Assembly: GCA_030390025.1 (NCBI GenBank)
Contig: CM059432.1
Span: forward strand, 120,158,001 to 120,222,000
Length of the DNA: 64,000 bases
Direction of reading: 5' to 3'
DNA from: Squalus acanthias
Taxonomy: Eukaryota
Shown: piece by piece, positions 61,101 to 64,000 of the stretch
Layout: the number at the start of each line of letters is the position of its first letter
Numbering within the stretch: position 1 is the first letter of the stretch
Notes under the pieces: generated by a model
Told to the model about the DNA's origin: nothing
The model's input: the letters and a program-made list of their open reading frames with translations, nothing else
The model's database searches: none
Translations under genes and position numbers: made by a program

Positions 61101-64000
61101 CCATTGTGCCCAGGCAATCCAATATGCTCAGGTGATCCAATACACCTAGATGATCCATTACTCCAGGTGATCCATTACAACCAGGTGATTCAAAGTATCC
61201 AGAAGATCCAATATGCCCAGGCGATCCATTACACCCAGATGATCCAATACACTCAGGTGATCCATTGTGTTCAGGTGATCCAATATGCCCAGGTGATACA
61301 TTAGATCTAGATGATCCAATGCACCCAGGTGATCCTTTAAACATTGGTGATCCAATGCATCCAGGTGATCTAGTACACTCATGTGATCCATTTTGCACAA
61401 GTGATCCAATACACCAAGGAGATCCATTCCACCCAGGTGATCCAATACACACAGGTGATCCATTACATCTTGGTGAGCCAGTGCATCAAGGGGATCCATT
61501 ATTTTCAGGTAATCCATTACATCCAGGTGATCCAATACACACAGGTGATCCAATACACCCAGATGATCCATTACACCTAGGTGATCCAATGCACCCAGGT
61601 GATCCAATACACACAGGTGATCCAATACACCCAGATGATCCATTACACCTTGGTGATCCAATGCACCCAAGTGATCCAATACACACAGGTGATATGTTAC
61701 ACTTAGATGATCCAATGCATACCGGAGATCCATTATTCTCAGGAAATCCATTACATCCAGGTGATACAATACACACAGGTGATCCAATACACCCAGATGA
61801 TCCATTACACCTAGGTGATCCAATGCACCCAGGTGATCCAATACACACAGGTGATACATTACACAAAGGTGATCCAATGCATGCAGGAGATCCATTATTC
61901 CCAGTTGATCCATTACACACAGGTGATCCAATTCATCACAGGAGATTCATTATTCCCAGGTGATCCATTACACCCAGGTGATCCAATGCTTCCAGGAGAT
62001 ACATTATCCCCAGGTGATCCATTGTGCCCAGGCGATTCAATATGTCCAGGTGAGCCATTATACTGAAATGATCCATTACAAACAGGTGATCCATTAAGAC
62101 TAGGAGTTCCCGTACACCCAGGCAATGCAATTTGCTGAAGTGATCCATAAGAACCAAGTGATCCATTAAGACCGGGTGATCCATTACACCCAGGTGACCA
62201 ATACATCCAGGTGATCCATTACACCCAGGTGATCCATTACACCTGGGTGATCCAATACACCCAGGAGATCCATTTCACCCAGGAGATCCAATACACACAG
62301 GTGATCCATTACACCTTGGTGATCCAATGCACCCAGGAGATCCATTATTCTCAGGTAATCCATTATATGCAGGTGATCCAATAGACATAGGTGATCCAAT
62401 GCACCCAGGTGATCCAATACACACAGGTGATACATTACACAAAGGTGATCCAATGCATACAGGAGCTGCATTATTCCCAGTTGATCCATTACACACAGGT
62501 GATCCAATTCATCACAGGAGATACATTATTCGCAGGTGATCCATTACACCCAGGTGATCCAATGCTTTCAGGAGATGCATCACCCCCATGCGATCCATTG
62601 TGCCCAGTTTATTCAATATGTCCAGGTGATCCATTACACCAATGATCCAATGATTCCAGGAAATCCATTTTTCACAGGAGATGCATTACCACCAGGTAAC
62701 CCATTACAACCAGGTGATCCATTATATCCAGGTTATCCAATACATCCAGGTGATCCATTACCCCCCAGGTGATCCATTGTGCCCCGGCAATCCAATATGT
62801 CCAGGTGATCCAATACACCTTGATGATCCATTACTCCAGGTGATCCATTATTCCCAGGTGATCCCAATTGCACAGGTGATCCATTATGTCAAGGTGATCC
62901 AATACACCCAGGTGATCCTTTAAGCACAGGTGATACAATACACCCAGGTGATCCATTATGCCCAAGTGATCCATTAAAGCCAGGGAATCCATTATACCTA
63001 AATGATCCATTACAACCAGGTGATCCATTAAGACTAGGAGTTCAAATACACCCAGGCGATACAATTTGCCGAAGTGATCCATTAGAACCAGGTGATCCAT
63101 TGAGACCGGGTGATCCATTACATTCAGGTGATCCAATACACCCAGGTGATCCAATGCATCAAGGTGATCCAGCACATCCATGTGATCCATTATGGTCAGG
63201 TGACCCAATACACCCAATAAATCCATTAGAACCAGGTGATCCAATAGGCCCAGGTGATCAATTTTGGCTGAGTGATCCAATACACCCAGGTGAGCCATTA
63301 CAGCCAGGTGATCCACCACACCATGGTGATCCATTATGCCCAGGTGATCCATAAACCAAGGGAATCCAATAAGCCCAGGTGTTCCACTTGACCCTGGTGA
63401 TACAATACACCCTGGTCATTCATTGCACCTAGGTGATCCAATACACCCAGGAGATCCATAATTCCCAACTGTTCCATTCCACCCAGGTGATCCAATACAC
63501 ACAGGTGATCCATTCCACCCAGGTGATCCAATACACACAGGTGATCCATTACACCCAGGTGATCCAATACACACAGGTGATCCATTACACCCAGGTTATC
63601 CAATGCATCCAGGAGTTCCATTATTCCCAGGTGATCCATTACACCCAGGTGATCCAAAGCATCCAGAAGATCCATTATTTGCAGCTGATCCAATACACCC
63701 AGGTGATCCATTACACCCAGGGAATCCATTGTGCCCAGGTGTACCAATACACCCAGACGATCCATAACACCAAGCTGATCCATTTCACCCAGCTGATCCA
63801 ATATGCAAAAGTGATCCTTATACCCTGGTGATCCATGACACACAGGAGATCCATTACACCTTGGTGATCCAATGCATCCAGGAGATCCATTATTCCCAGG
63901 TGATCCATTACTCCCAGGTGATCCAATACACACAGGTGATCCATTACTCCCAGGTGATCCAATACACACAGTTAATCCATTAAACCCATGTGATCCAATA

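Larger units (their letters stand above)
38914..64000 (+). repeat. 18-bp tandem satellite, consensus ACACCCAGGTGATCCA(T/A)T, >25 kb, roughly 1300 monomers, continues past window end
   Basis: Directly visible 18-nt period; conserved CAGGTGATCCA core with a variable hexamer; monomer count estimated from length minus insertions. Confidence 0.98.

Noticed and set aside
39074..63969. Dozens of repeat-protein ORFs (His/Pro-rich, collagen-like, DHLGV repeats)
   Set aside because: They follow from an 18-nt stop-free period. Overlapping frames on both strands are open, frameshifts are frequent, and there is no unique N- or C-terminus or splice structure.
38914..64000. CRISPR-like constant/variable array
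   Set aside because: The variable part is only about 6 nt and is reused; there are no unique spacers, leader or cas genes; the context is vertebrate.
38914..64000. Immunoglobulin switch-like region
   Set aside because: No Ig exons or recombination signal sequences seen nearby, and AGCT/WGCW motifs are not part of the consensus.

Overview
Eukaryotic, repeat-dominated DNA, almost certainly from an elasmobranch (shark/ray): it carries an HE1-type V-SINE, SacSINE1-like DeuSINEs and many CR1/HER1-type LINE 3' ends. I find no convincing host protein-coding gene. Bases 1-38.9 kb are a heavily nested transposon field: CR1, L2 and Tx1/L1 LINE fragments; a decayed but structurally complete PIF/Harbinger transposon (DDE nuclease plus a spliced Myb/SANT gene) and at least six non-autonomous relatives; a Neptune-like Penelope element with inverted pLTRs that each carry a minimal hammerhead ribozyme; a pogo/Tigger-like MITE; and two related, unusually long (1.7-1.8 kb) solo LTRs. 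From about 38.9 kb to the window end is a >25 kb 18-bp satellite (consensus ACACCCAGGTGATCCA(T/A)T). It has a conserved core plus a variable hexamer, multi-kb higher-order duplications, one inverted block and three retroposon insertions. Its many 'ORFs' (HPGDPL, TQVIHY, DHLGVM, GSPGCN repeats) are artefacts of the 18-nt period. Family names come from motif recognition, not database searches. Boundaries lacking a stated TSD are approximate.
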